A DNA stretch of 64,000 nucleotides from Felis catus (taxonomy: Eukaryota): positions 181,538,001 to 181,602,000 of the forward strand of contig NC_058368.1 in NCBI RefSeq assembly GCF_018350175.1, written 5' to 3'. Each line of letters begins with the position of its first letter. The stretch's first letter is position 1. Below the pieces are notes generated by a model. That model was not told the origin of the DNA. It did not search any database and saw only the letters and a program-made list of their open reading frames with translations. This document shows positions 1 through 11,380 of this stretch, piece by piece. A program made the translations under genes and the position numbers.

Positions 1-99
1 TAAACATCGGAGTAGTGTGATTACGGTTAAATATAGTCAGAATTTCAGTCAAGAGTTTTGCATCTATATATATGTACATAGTGTATATATGTATATAAA

Positions 100-260
100 T
101 AAAATAAATGACAACAATAAAAGTGTGGGAGGAATGGGTACAAAATGGAGCTATAGATGATATGGTAGAATACTGATAATTATTGAAGTTAAATGATGGG
201 TATACAGAGGTTCATTATTCTATTCAGTTTATTTTGAATTTAAACTTTTTTAATATTAAA
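100..260 (+). mobile_element. Ancient L1M (L1MC/L1ME-like) 3' UTR fragment
   Basis: tgataattattgaagttaaatgatgggtatacagaggttcattattct resembles the recalled L1MC-type 3' end; boundaries approximate. Confidence 0.6.
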
Positions 261-349
261 CTATCCATTCTCTTACAAAATGAATATAACACTATCACTA
301 ATAACAGCTATCATTTATCAAAAATTTAGTACAGCCTAACTCTGTAACT

Positions 350-501
350 AATGCATTATCAGAACACATCATTCCTTTATATATTGCCTGTAGCTACTTT
401 CATGCCCCAAATGCAGAGTTGAGTAGTTGTAATAGACATTGTATTGCTCACAAAGCCTACAATATTTGACCTTTTACATAAATAATTTGCCTTTATCCCT
501 G
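350..501 (+). mobile_element. MER58B-like hAT-Charlie DNA transposon fossil (3' part)
   Basis: gcagagttgagtagttgtaatagac...caaagcctacaatatt...atccctg matches the recalled MER58B 3' half. Confidence 0.7.
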
Positions 502-934
502 CCATAATATATGCTCATTAAAAGCTTCCACCTTTTCTGTATGAAAGACCAGTTCCCTCAGGTCTCTTGTAGGTGACTGAGAACTAATTGGACACATTAA
601 TTTAAGCTATTAATGGCTGATAATGGTTTAATATGTCACCACTCCCAGATAAGACACGAAAAGCCCCCCTTAAAATGCAAATGCTAGCACAAGGACACAG
701 CTAATAAATCAATTCCAGGAAGTGAGATTACAGAGCCCTTTTGTGGTAGTGCACTTTTTTCCCCACTGAGATTGTCTTTACTGACTTCCTCCAATACATC
801 CCACCAGCTGCTCTTGGTGTTTATTCTATTTTTATAATTTCACAGATCAGCATAAATATATCATAAGCCCACATAGGCTAGCTGGAATTCTCTACAAGAG
901 TTAAACCCTTTTAGGAAACAAGCGAAGGGAAGTA

Positions 935-1105
935 GTATAGTTGTTAAGAGCATGATGTTTAGCAACTGACAGACTTCACTCCCTGCTCTGTTAGTAAATA
1001 GCTGTATAGCTATTCCCATCTCCAATGTCCGGATGAGGACAGCATTCATCTTCAGGGGTTTTGTAAGGATTAATAGGAAATTGCGAAGGAAGTGCTTATC
1101 ACAGC
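935..1105 (+). mobile_element. MIR SINE relic
   Basis: agtatagttgttaagagcatg start; ggttttgtaaggattaa...aagtgctt MIR tail. Confidence 0.55.
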
Positions 1106-1837
1106 TAACATTTATGGAGCATTACTATTTTTACACCTTGTGTTGCAAATGTCAGTACCTCCCAGGGATAATGATCCCTGCTAAATTGGGTTTGTCCAGG
1201 GACCAAAAGTTAGTGTGCGTGACCTTCAAGGGCTGCTCCCTGTCCATCCCCCCATTCCTTCTCACCTTTATGAGTCCTTGACTCAAAACCCAATTTCAGA
1301 AGAAGGGGAACAGCTTTCATAAAGTCACAGGTGCCTCACATGGAAATCTCTTCCAAATTTATAATTCGGTTACTCTGCATGCTATCTTAATAGTCTACAG
1401 TTCCAGTAATAAAGATAGGTTAATTTTGCATTAGATGAGCTTTAATGTACATTTAGAAATCAGAAACTAGCTTATGTGTTCATTAGTGGAAATCTTGCTT
1501 AAAGTGGGTCATGCTGAACTAGAGGAAATTCAGAGGGTTTGGGAAGAGGGAAGGTGTTTTCCTTCATGTGTCATCTTCTATTATTTATGATAAATGGAAT
1601 GGTTTTGAATCAGAGGAGCCTAATATGTGTCCCAATATGTATCACTGGTACATAATGGTGTGAGATATCACCAGGGAAGCAGCTCTTCCCATGACTTGGG
1701 TATCCTGTGCCCAACTTCAGCAAAGGGTGGCTGGGGGCTGCTATGGTTTCACCTCCAGTGAGGTAACGCTTGGTAAAACCTTCCCAGTTGACACATAAGC
1801 AGTGAGACATCCTTAGCAGTGAGTTGGTCGTATCTGG

Positions 1838-2110
1838 AGATGTTGTGCAAAGAACTTAGCCTTGAGATAAAACAGAACTGTAGCCGGCCCCTGGCTTCAC
1901 CAGGAGTAATCTTGGGCAAAGTGCCTCACCTTCGGAAGTCTCAGTTTCCTCATCCAAAAAGACAGAAATAATGTTTGCTAGGACAAAGAATGGTACCTGT
2001 AGAGCACAGTGCACAATTTCTGTGAAATAAGCTATAAATAAGCTTATTATGTGTGAAGGTCCTTGAAGAGTACTTCAATACAGTAAACACTCAGTAAAGG
2101 GCAGTTAGCA
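1838..2110 (+). mobile_element. MIR SINE relic
   Basis: MIR core tcttgggcaaagtgcctcacctt...gtctcagtttcctcatc. Confidence 0.65.
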
Positions 2111-4374
2111 TCATCCTCACCACCTTAATTGTCACTGTCGTCATCAAAAGCTGACCGACAAGATCAAAAATTACTTTTATAGACCTCATAGTCTATCACA
2201 CCTCAAATAGAAACAGTAATAGGCTCAAATGACAGTATGAACTTCACAAGTTAAACCCACACCTACAAATAGCTATTCCTCCCCTGGGCCTATGACTGAC
2301 TAAGGTTAGAGGGAGTTGTATGTGAAAATGGAGAAGCCCTTCCTAAATGTTGAGAAGAATGTTTTTGTTTTGATTTCCCCCCACCACCTTTTATCTGATA
2401 TGAATTGTGCAGTAGAGAGATTCCCCAGGCTGTATACAAAGGAAAGAATTCACAGGCTCCAGTTAAAGTGAGCCGAAACACAAGAAAACAAAGATTTCTT
2501 CTGCCTAAGTTTCCCAGGTGTACATAGGGAATCAGATTCACACTTCCACTTAACAGTCACAGGACTTGCACACCTACAGTGATTTCCCAGGGGCTCAATG
2601 CTGAAAATGTACCCCAAGGTGTCAGGAACAAATGTGTGTAATGATGTCTGTCTTTCCTGACTACAACCGCAGTGTACGAGTCTTAATGGATTTAAAAGAA
2701 ATGGGAACTGACACTAAAATGACACTTTTTGTGAACAATATATATTACATGTTCATTCCACACTCCTCCCCCCATAGGCAGCATTTTTCCCTTTGAGAGA
2801 AAAATGCTCAGTCTGTGCCTTAATACTGTGGTAGCAGCACAGATTCAAATGTGGGTGTTTTCCATTACTGATCTCAACTTTGCCTGAAAGGGAAACTGGA
2901 TACCACACATAAAACTTCTGTGCTGCCTCCCCCCGCATGTCCACTGCATGTACTTATGTCCTACCATACTGTTTTTCTTTCTTTCTTCAACCTCCCGTAA
3001 CGTCAGACAGGTGCAAAGAGCATCAGCGCCCATCACCTTCCTGAATAAAACTCCACGTTTGTAAAACTCACAGTGTCAGAAGCCCTCAGTCTTTATCCCA
3101 CCTCAGCAAAGTGTTCATGTGCTTTGATTTCCCAGCCCTGGTGGCAATGGTCAAAACCAACAGAAGATAACCGGTTTCCTTCTTCATTATCCTCCCTCAC
3201 TGAGGCAGTGAAAGACCACACTTTTCATGTGGTTTGTTCTGACTAGTGTAAGTTGTGTCAGAAGTCTGGAAAGTCCGTTGTCACTCCTGGGTCTGCTGTG
3301 GTTAACTGCAGGCACGTGGGGGGACTTCCAAATCTTACCCAGACCTCACTGTCTTCACACATAGAGTAAATGGGGATGAGAATTTTTTTCGTAAAGTTTT
3401 CATGTCTTTTACCGACACCAATGCACTGAAAGTTACTGTTTGGATAGCTGTGTCAAATGATGGGTTCCAGGACTGCAACCTGGAACTCAGCAGAAATGCC
3501 CTCAAGGTTGAGGGGTATTGCCTGCGCTTAGATGGGGGGAAAGAGGGGGAGCAGAGAGTATCAGCTTTGCTGTACCTAAGTTATACCTGAATGATATATA
3601 AAAAAATCTTATCATCTAACTTCAGCACCGAGGGCTACTAAAGAATTTCTTGAGAATAAAATCATCACTTTCAATCCTGGGAAGCCATGTATGGATGTTA
3701 CTAATGGATCTGGTAATGTGTCAGCATGCCAACAAGACCACCTTCTCTGTCTCTAACACAAAGTCATGTTATTTTTATGCAAAAGACTCAGAATTCAACT
3801 ATTAAGAGGTATAATACTTTTTCACAATTGTTGGGTCTCACCTACTTCCAACCTTTATAAGCACACCTAAACAAATTTCCCATTTGATCTCATTGCAAGT
3901 GCATTTTAAGTCCTTAAAATAATTATATACTTTCATAGTGGCATATATTTCATTATATATATATATGCATATGTAAATGTCATAGACAAATATGCTATGT
4001 CTTGCTCTTTGCCTCCTTGCCTACACCATATAGACTTCAGCTACACCCATCTCCCCATTTTCAAAATGACAATTTCCTATTACTAATATGCATTTTCTTC
4101 TGTGCAAAGGGGACAATAAAATTAATATGTTGGTGCCCATAATCAAAACCTTATCCTCAAATATTAGTTACTATTAAAAAAAGACTGACACAAGAATTCT
4201 ATTTGAATAAAAAGGTTCCTTTTACTGGACTTCTACCATCCTGTGTTTGGTCTTTGACCCTTCTAAGTACAAAGCCCATTAAATTTAGCAAGGAACCATT
4301 TATGAGTTGGTTCCAGGTATTTGACTTTAATTTTTTATCAAGAAATCACTCAAAGGAGAATGAGGAATGACAAC

Positions 4375-4964
4375 TGTATTAGTTTTCTATGATTGTGTAA
4401 CAAATTACCACAACTGTGGCAGCTTAAAACAAAACATTTACTATTTCACAGTTTCTATGGGGCAAGAGTCTCGGCATCATCACCTGGGTACTCTGCTCAG
4501 GGTTTCACAAGGCTAGGGTCAAGTTGATGACTGGACCTGAACTGTCATCCAAGACTTGAGGTCCTCTCCAAGCTCATAGGTTACTGGCGGCATTCAGTCC
4601 CTCGCGGTTGTAGGACTGACGCCCTCAGCTCCTGGAGGCTACCTGCCATATCTTTCATCCAACCTTTTCCACAACATGACACTTATTCCTTCAAGGCAAC
4701 AGGAGGATATCTGTTTACTCTCCTTCTTTCACAAGTTTCACCTAATTAGGTCAGGCCCTCCCTTAAATTTAAAGTTAACATATTAGGGATTTAATTATGT
4801 CTGAAAAAATTCCTCACATTTGCCATGGAAGGTAACTTAAACAAGGGAGTGTAATCCCATTTTATTCACAGGCCCTACTCACACTCAAGGGGAGGGGATT
4901 ACATAGAATGTGGATACAAGAGGGCAGGAATCTTGGGGACGATCTTAGAAATCTACCTACTCCA
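4375..4964 (-). mobile_element. MaLR solo LTR (MLT1E/F-like)
   Basis: Begins tgtattagttttctat...taacaaattaccac; ends ggaatcttgggg...tcttagaaatctacctactcca, typical of a reverse-oriented MLT1. Confidence 0.8.
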
Positions 4965-5383
4965 AGTATATGTGGAAGCGCATGAATTGTCATTCACAGG
5001 AAGAAATGGAACAGTAAACAAAGAATTCCAGGAATGACCAGAAATAGAGTTTTCAACATGCAACCAATCTTATTCACAAAATTATATATGTATATTTATT
5101 ACCTATAAGTATCATACATGTGCATGCATGCATCATGTTATGTATTCCTGGCACCATTTATTCATGTACTAATGAGCCCAAAATACAAAACAAAGGAAAA
5201 CAGAAAAATAATTACTAGTTATACAATAAAAAAGCAGAGAAGAATATAAACACATCTATAAATGTATAGATTTTAAAAACTGAAGCACAACAAATATTGC
5301 ATAAATAAATCATATAGAAAGATTCAAGCTTCTAATAATACAAAAGAGACAGTGTTGCCTACTTGTTTAATAAGGAATTTTTA

Positions 5384-5593
5384 AAAATTCTTTTTAATGT
5401 TTACTTATTTTTGAGACAGAGAGAAACAGAGCTCGAGTAGGGGCAGAGAGAGAGAGAGAGAGACAGAATCTGAAGCAGACTCAAGGCTCCAAGCTGTCAG
5501 CAAAGAGCCCAAGGTGGGGCTTGAACTCACGACCCATGAGATAATGCCCTGAGCCGAAGTCAGACATTAACCAACTGAGCCACCCGAGAGCCC
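5384..5593 (-). mobile_element. Can-SINE (older feline SINEC)
   Basis: T-rich tail, (AG)n, tRNA-derived head ending ...ctgagccacccgagagccc; degenerate TSD ttaataaggaattttta / ttaattagctattttta. Confidence 0.93.
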
Positions 5594-5724
5594 TTAATTA
5601 GCTATTTTTAACAATGAGCCTGCATGGGTCGATATGAGTGGCTGAAATGGGCCCCCCTCAAACACTGATGCTGAGCGTGTAGCAAAAAGGAAGTAAGTGG
5701 GCCTTAAAAATATTTATAACCTTT

Positions 5725-5944
5725 GGGGCGCCTGGGTGGCTCAGTTGGTTGAGCGTCTGACTTTGGCTCAGGTCATGATCTCACAGTCGTGAATTCGAGC
5801 CCCGTGTCGGGCTCTGTGCTGACAGCTCAGAGCCTGGAGCCTGCTTCAGATTCTGTGTCTCCCTCTCTCTCTGACCCTCCCCGGTTCATGCTCTGTCTCT
5901 GTCTCAAAAATAAATAAAAAAACATTTTAAAAAATTAAAAAAAT
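5725..5944 (+). mobile_element. Can-SINE (SINEC_Fc2-like)
   Basis: ggggcgcctgggtggctcagttgg head with A/B boxes, (CT)n, A tail; perfect 15-bp TSD atatttataaccttt (5710-5724, 5945-5959). Confidence 0.96.
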
Positions 5945-5959
5945 ATATTTATAACCTTT

Positions 5960-6203
5960 AACAGATGATCGTAGGGGAAGGGAAGGAAAAATAAGATAAA
6001 AACAGAGAGGGAGGCAAACCATAAGAGACTCTTAAATACAGAAAATAAACTGAGGGTTGAATGGGGCTGGGGTAAATGGGTGATGGGCATTAAGGAGGGC
6101 ACTTGGGATGAGCACGGGGTGTCATATGTAAGTTATGAATCACTGGGTTCTACTCCTGAAGCCAAGACTACACTGTGTGTTAACTAACCTGAGAATAAAA
6201 AAA
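5960..6203 (+). mobile_element. 5'-truncated carnivore L1 3' UTR
   Basis: aaaccataagagactctta...gggcacttgggatgagcac...aataaa plus A tail; homologous to the L1 3' UTR at 33150-33384. Confidence 0.9.
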
Positions 6204-9200
6204 TATATACTTATAGCTTTTGACCTAGAAACTGTATTAGGCTATCTGGTTCCTTCTTCCTCTGATGCCATTGTCCTTAGAAACCTGGGGTAAAATATTA
6301 AGGGGAAAAATTTACCTAGATAAATCCTTAAGAGATTTTATTGGGCACACGGCTTAAGTCACACCATGAGCATCAAGCAAAATGCAGATTCCAGCCTGGC
6401 TCCACGATAAAGACTTCGGCAAAAACAACAACAAAAAAAAGCAAGCAAACAAAACTGCCAAATTTCCAAAAATATATGATTTCTAGAATTAAAAAAAAAC
6501 ACAGACATAAGAAATAATATTCAGAGCAAGTGTACACTTGGCTTTTCCACCTAAAGATCCCTTCCGGCTGTGCTGAATTATTTTCATCACAAGCAATTGT
6601 TTCAAGGCATACAGAACTGGTCATATTGCTTGTCAAAAATTAAAAACCTTGTCAAACTCTTCCCTTTGTAGCATTATAAACAGTCAGTTGTCAAAAGTGA
6701 GCTGTTTGCAAAAGCACCATAAAAAGGGGGAAATAATGGTCTATTTCCCTTTTATACTAAGTGAAGGGTTTGCTATAATTTTTAGCAGTCATTAAGATTT
6801 ACTAATGAAGACTTGAGATGGAGTCTAAAAAAGGAAATATAAAGTTAAGTGGCTCATTTTGTGTTTTGAGAGGTAAAATATTAAGAGGAAAAAGAAGTGC
6901 TATCTCATCAATCACAAACCACATAAAGCTGGAAAAGTAATGCGGCCCTTTCCAGCAGTAGCCTCCGCTGAAGAACACCGTGGGCCTAGGGAGACTACCT
7001 TCTAATAGGTGAGAGGCTATTTCAATCTCCATACCCATTTAATCACAGGGCTGTTTGAGCACCGACTGCCAATTATCCTGAATTATGTGTCATATAGTAG
7101 GTTTGTGATCCGAGCTACAGTGCATTAGGGACCCAGCAGAGACCACCATGTTGATTTGACAAGGTTCTTAGAGCCGGGATGAATAAATTAACGCAACAGA
7201 ATGATTCTGATGAACAGAAGATTGGAGCCAAGCTCCCAGAGATGGAAGATTAGTGACTAATCAGCTCTAACACCTGGTTTCCATAACACTCTAATAACAA
7301 CTCCTTGCGCTGCTGTAACAAAACACAACAGCCTCTGCCAGGGGGAGAAATGTGAAATAGCCTCAAAAGTTATGGCTTGGGGTGTTTTATTCATGACGGG
7401 ATGTATTTCACCTGTTCTTAGAAATTAAGAGCAGCAGTAATCCTCCCCCCACCCCACCCCTGCCCTCTTTACAACGGGATGGAGGGCAGGGACGGCTGTG
7501 AATTCCAAACAACCAGGTTCCCAGAACAGATTGGATGAGAAATCCACCGCCACTAACTTTTCAATTCAACTTACATCAGCTAAAGGGGGGGAGGTGGAGG
7601 GAGAAGGAAAGGAGGGGGGAAGAAGGTGGATGAAGTATTAGGAGAAAGAATCCTAATAGCTAATGCTGATCGGACTGTAGAGTCACATCCTACATTGAAG
7701 AGAGACCCCAGGTAACAATCCGGTCTGGCTTCTTACCTTTAAGGTTCAGGGTAAACAGATGCAAAAGCCCCCAGACCAGTACTTTGGTTAATCTGGAGAA
7801 AATGCCAAGCTCCTAACATCTGTCATGTTTAGCGAAGATGGAAGACAACGGCCAGACATCTCATATAAAAGCAAGCTAAGATCTTCAAATATACTTGGCA
7901 TTGCTGTTCCTCACCAAACACGTGAGGGAGTGCTGTTTTGGCCAGTGCTGGTAATCAACATCAGAGAAGGCGGACCTCCAAGACCAGGTCGACCCACTGT
8001 CAGTCATCCTTTTGGCCACCCCTTTCACTTCTTGAAAGGCAAGTCACTAATTCTGACATGTTTTGTTAAATCGGAAAGCACTTAACCGAGAATAGTTGAT
8101 TCTCACAGAACATCCAAAATGTATGCTGAAATAGCATTTTGACATCTAGCAGATTTGAGATATCAAAGCATTAGCATGATTCTCTCACGACTGCTTCAAA
8201 ATTTGTTGGTGCGTCTCTGTACTAACCTCACCGACAAATCTACGAAACTAAGAGAACCCGATTAAATGACAACTACGTGTCTGAAGGCACGGCTGAGGGT
8301 GAGGAAACGTAATTCGCATTGCAGAAGAAACAAAATCTGTTTAGCAGAAGACACATCATTTATTCTCCTCGAATTTTTCAAACACGATTTGCTGCATGAG
8401 AAGGAGATCGACACTCAGCCTCTCCAAGAAACGAGGCAGGTCAGACCGCCTTTGTACCTGCCATTCACAACTACAATTTCTATCCACACAACTGGACTTT
8501 CTAGTCACAATCTGTTTAATTCTGTAACTTAATCTCTAGCCAGGGGTCGGAGCATCAATTTAGATTTCGTGTTTCTTTTTTTATTCAGGTTATTTCCTCG
8601 CATAGGACACGACGCTGTGCCCCACATTTGGCTTGTCAGCGTGTGAAGACCCACGCTTTTTGCCGTGACTGACAAGAGAAGCCAACCGCACGTTGTCCCA
8701 AGGGCTGTTTCCAAATTTGGCCTCCCAAAGGGAAGCTCGCTAAACTCCTCTAGGCTTGCTTTAATACCGACCCATATTCACAGCTTCATTTGTTCTAACA
8801 CCTGATTCCTTCTTTGCCTCAGCAAGCCTCACTGAAGGCGGACTGGAGGAAAGCAGCTGTTGTTTAATCTGTGCTGCGCTAGAAATCATTTCCTTCACCT
8901 CTTCTCCAGTTTTTCACCCCTGAACTCGAATTCCAGCCTAAATGTCAAAGGGGAGAGACACCTCCCTCAAATAAAGCGTGTAGCGACCAACCTGTAAGAA
9001 TTCATAGGTAATATTCTTTTAACTGTTTTTTTTTCTTTGTTGAAATATTTCAGTGAGTATTGTTAAATGAAGTAAAGCTTCCTCTTGAAGCAGACGTTCA
9101 AAGAGAAACTCGGGGTGGGGAGAAAAAGGAATCTTTAAAAGGGCTGATTGAACTTGTAATCATAAAAGCCACACTCTGGGACATTTGCTGAATGCCAGTC

Positions 9201-10914
9201 TGTTAAATGTTCCATCGTCTTCCCCCATATTATAAATGCCCCAAACCAGAAAGTAGAAAAAGGCAGATGTCACCAATGTTCTGCTGAGGAGTTACCCCTG
9301 CCACCACCAAAGGGGACTGAAGATATATTCACAGGAGCCAGGGAAGCTTCAGTGGGAATAGTGGGGAGCTATGTCATGCATACAAAGCATAGGTGAGGAC
9401 ACAGGTCTTAGGATAGCAAAATCCTCAAACTCTGAAGAGAGTGCCCCTCTCTCCGTGCCCCTAAAAGACACACGGGAGCTCTCTGAGGGGTATGAAAAGA
9501 GCATGGAGGTTTGTGGCTAATCTGAAAACATGCCATTTTTCTAAGCAACTGAAGCTCACAAATGATCTTCAAGAGATGGAACCAAATGCTGTTCCAGTCT
9601 TGTCTTTTATGCAGTTCTACATCATAAAGTTTATGCCACACTGAACAGGCAGGAATTCCATATAAGGGCTTGAAACCTGAAGACAGTGACTGCTGGTGGG
9701 TCGTAGAGCTTTTGAGAATGTGGAGAAACATATAAAAACCTCACTCCAGAAAATTTCAAGTATTCGCAGACACATAACCATGCATATACTGCTTCAGGGT
9801 TTTTGCCAAAGACAAGACTCCCTGTAGAAGATAAAAATAATATAATTTATTTTGGTCATTTACCATGTCTTAGAAGCACACTAAAATCCCCAAATCAACT
9901 GAGTTCTTAGCTTCAAGATGCAGGAGGGAAAATGGTATGTTTGATGGGTTATGGTACACACAAAAAGGAGCCCTAATTATCACCCCTCTCTGCTCAAAGC
10001 TTCAATCATGAAACACTGAAAGGGGAAGGGGAGGGAAGGAGAGAAGTTGCAAAGTGGAATCTATTGCTTTGCTCAATTTGCTATCATAAGAAGGAAGTCA
10101 AAGAAATGCTTTCTGATTGTGATCCCTGTATCTGAAAGTTTAAATGATCAACGGGGGCAAAAACATTAAGGCAAGGAGATGCCATAGGAGGTACCTCTTC
10201 CATGGGCACTAGATGGTACTTCATAAAATGGGGAAGATGCAATTCTTTACCTATAAAATCAGCATGTTGAGTGTACCTAACAGGTAGATATGGAAGATTA
10301 AATGAGTTAATGTGTCCAAAAAATATTTGCAGACTTTTAGGTACTATACAAATGTCAGCTATTATTTTTACCAAAGGGCTGCAAACTTATAATAATAATC
10401 AGATTGGACAAAAACACAGAAGGTGCTGGAATCCCTTCTGCTTGCTCCTACATTAGTCTAATGACCCGCCAGCAGAATATGTGCTCTGAACTCTGCTTAG
10501 AGTGCTAAAGAAGTGGACAGTTATTTACCCCAACAAAATTAGTGAAGCAGCCGAAGTTAGGAGTTCAGCCTCCAGCCATGTTAAACTTGTAATAACTTTG
10601 TCACTTACACCTTGGATTTTCCAAGTTATTTAAAAGAGGGATCTCCAAAGGAGATGGTGTGCTTCAAGTTTGGTCGTAAGAAAATCACTGGGGTGGAGGG
10701 AAGAATATATGAAAACTATTCACTTATAATTCTTTCTCTTGTTTTTGAGAAAAATAATCATTTTTATTTAATAATATGAATAATATATTAGTATAGTTAC
10801 ATACATATTTAATTTATATATGAATATATATATAGATACATACACATTAGAGAGTCTGGTTCATTATTCTACCGCTTGGTGTGACGCTCAAAAATTTTTA
10901 CATATTTTACATAT

Positions 10915-11090
10915 GCCACAGTATTTCATCTCCTGGATGTATTAGATCATTATTCCCACTACAGAGTCAAGGAAACCAAGTGTAGGAAAAGTCATTTCTA
11001 CATCATCTTATCTAGCAAGACCAAGATAAAATTACAGGTTTTAGCTCTAAGAACTATACTTCAGATCTTTACAACTAGACTACACCCTTC
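10915..11090 (-). mobile_element. MIR relic
   Basis: cattattcccactacagagtcaaggaaacc resembles the reverse MIR core. Confidence 0.45.
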
Positions 11091-11281
11091 TGAATTCAAC
11101 TTTTGGCAGAAGTCAACAGATTGGAGCCAGAGGACTGTGAAACAGAGTGGTGTTCTATCAGCATGCAGTGATCTCCAATCAGTGCAAAATGATCACAACT
11201 ACTATTACCATGGATAATCCTTTAAGTGCTGCAGATACTCAAATATGGAAAAAGGAGACACTTCTCTCAAATCCCTCAACC

Positions 11282-11380
11282 AAAAAAACAAAAACAAAAA
11301 AAAAATTAAAGAAAATGAAAAAAAAAACACAAAAGAAACAAAACAAAAAACAAAAGTGAAACAAACAAAAAACCCAAAAA
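11282..11380. repeat. A-rich low-complexity tract (~100 bp)
   Basis: Interrupted poly(A), seen directly. Confidence 0.9.
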
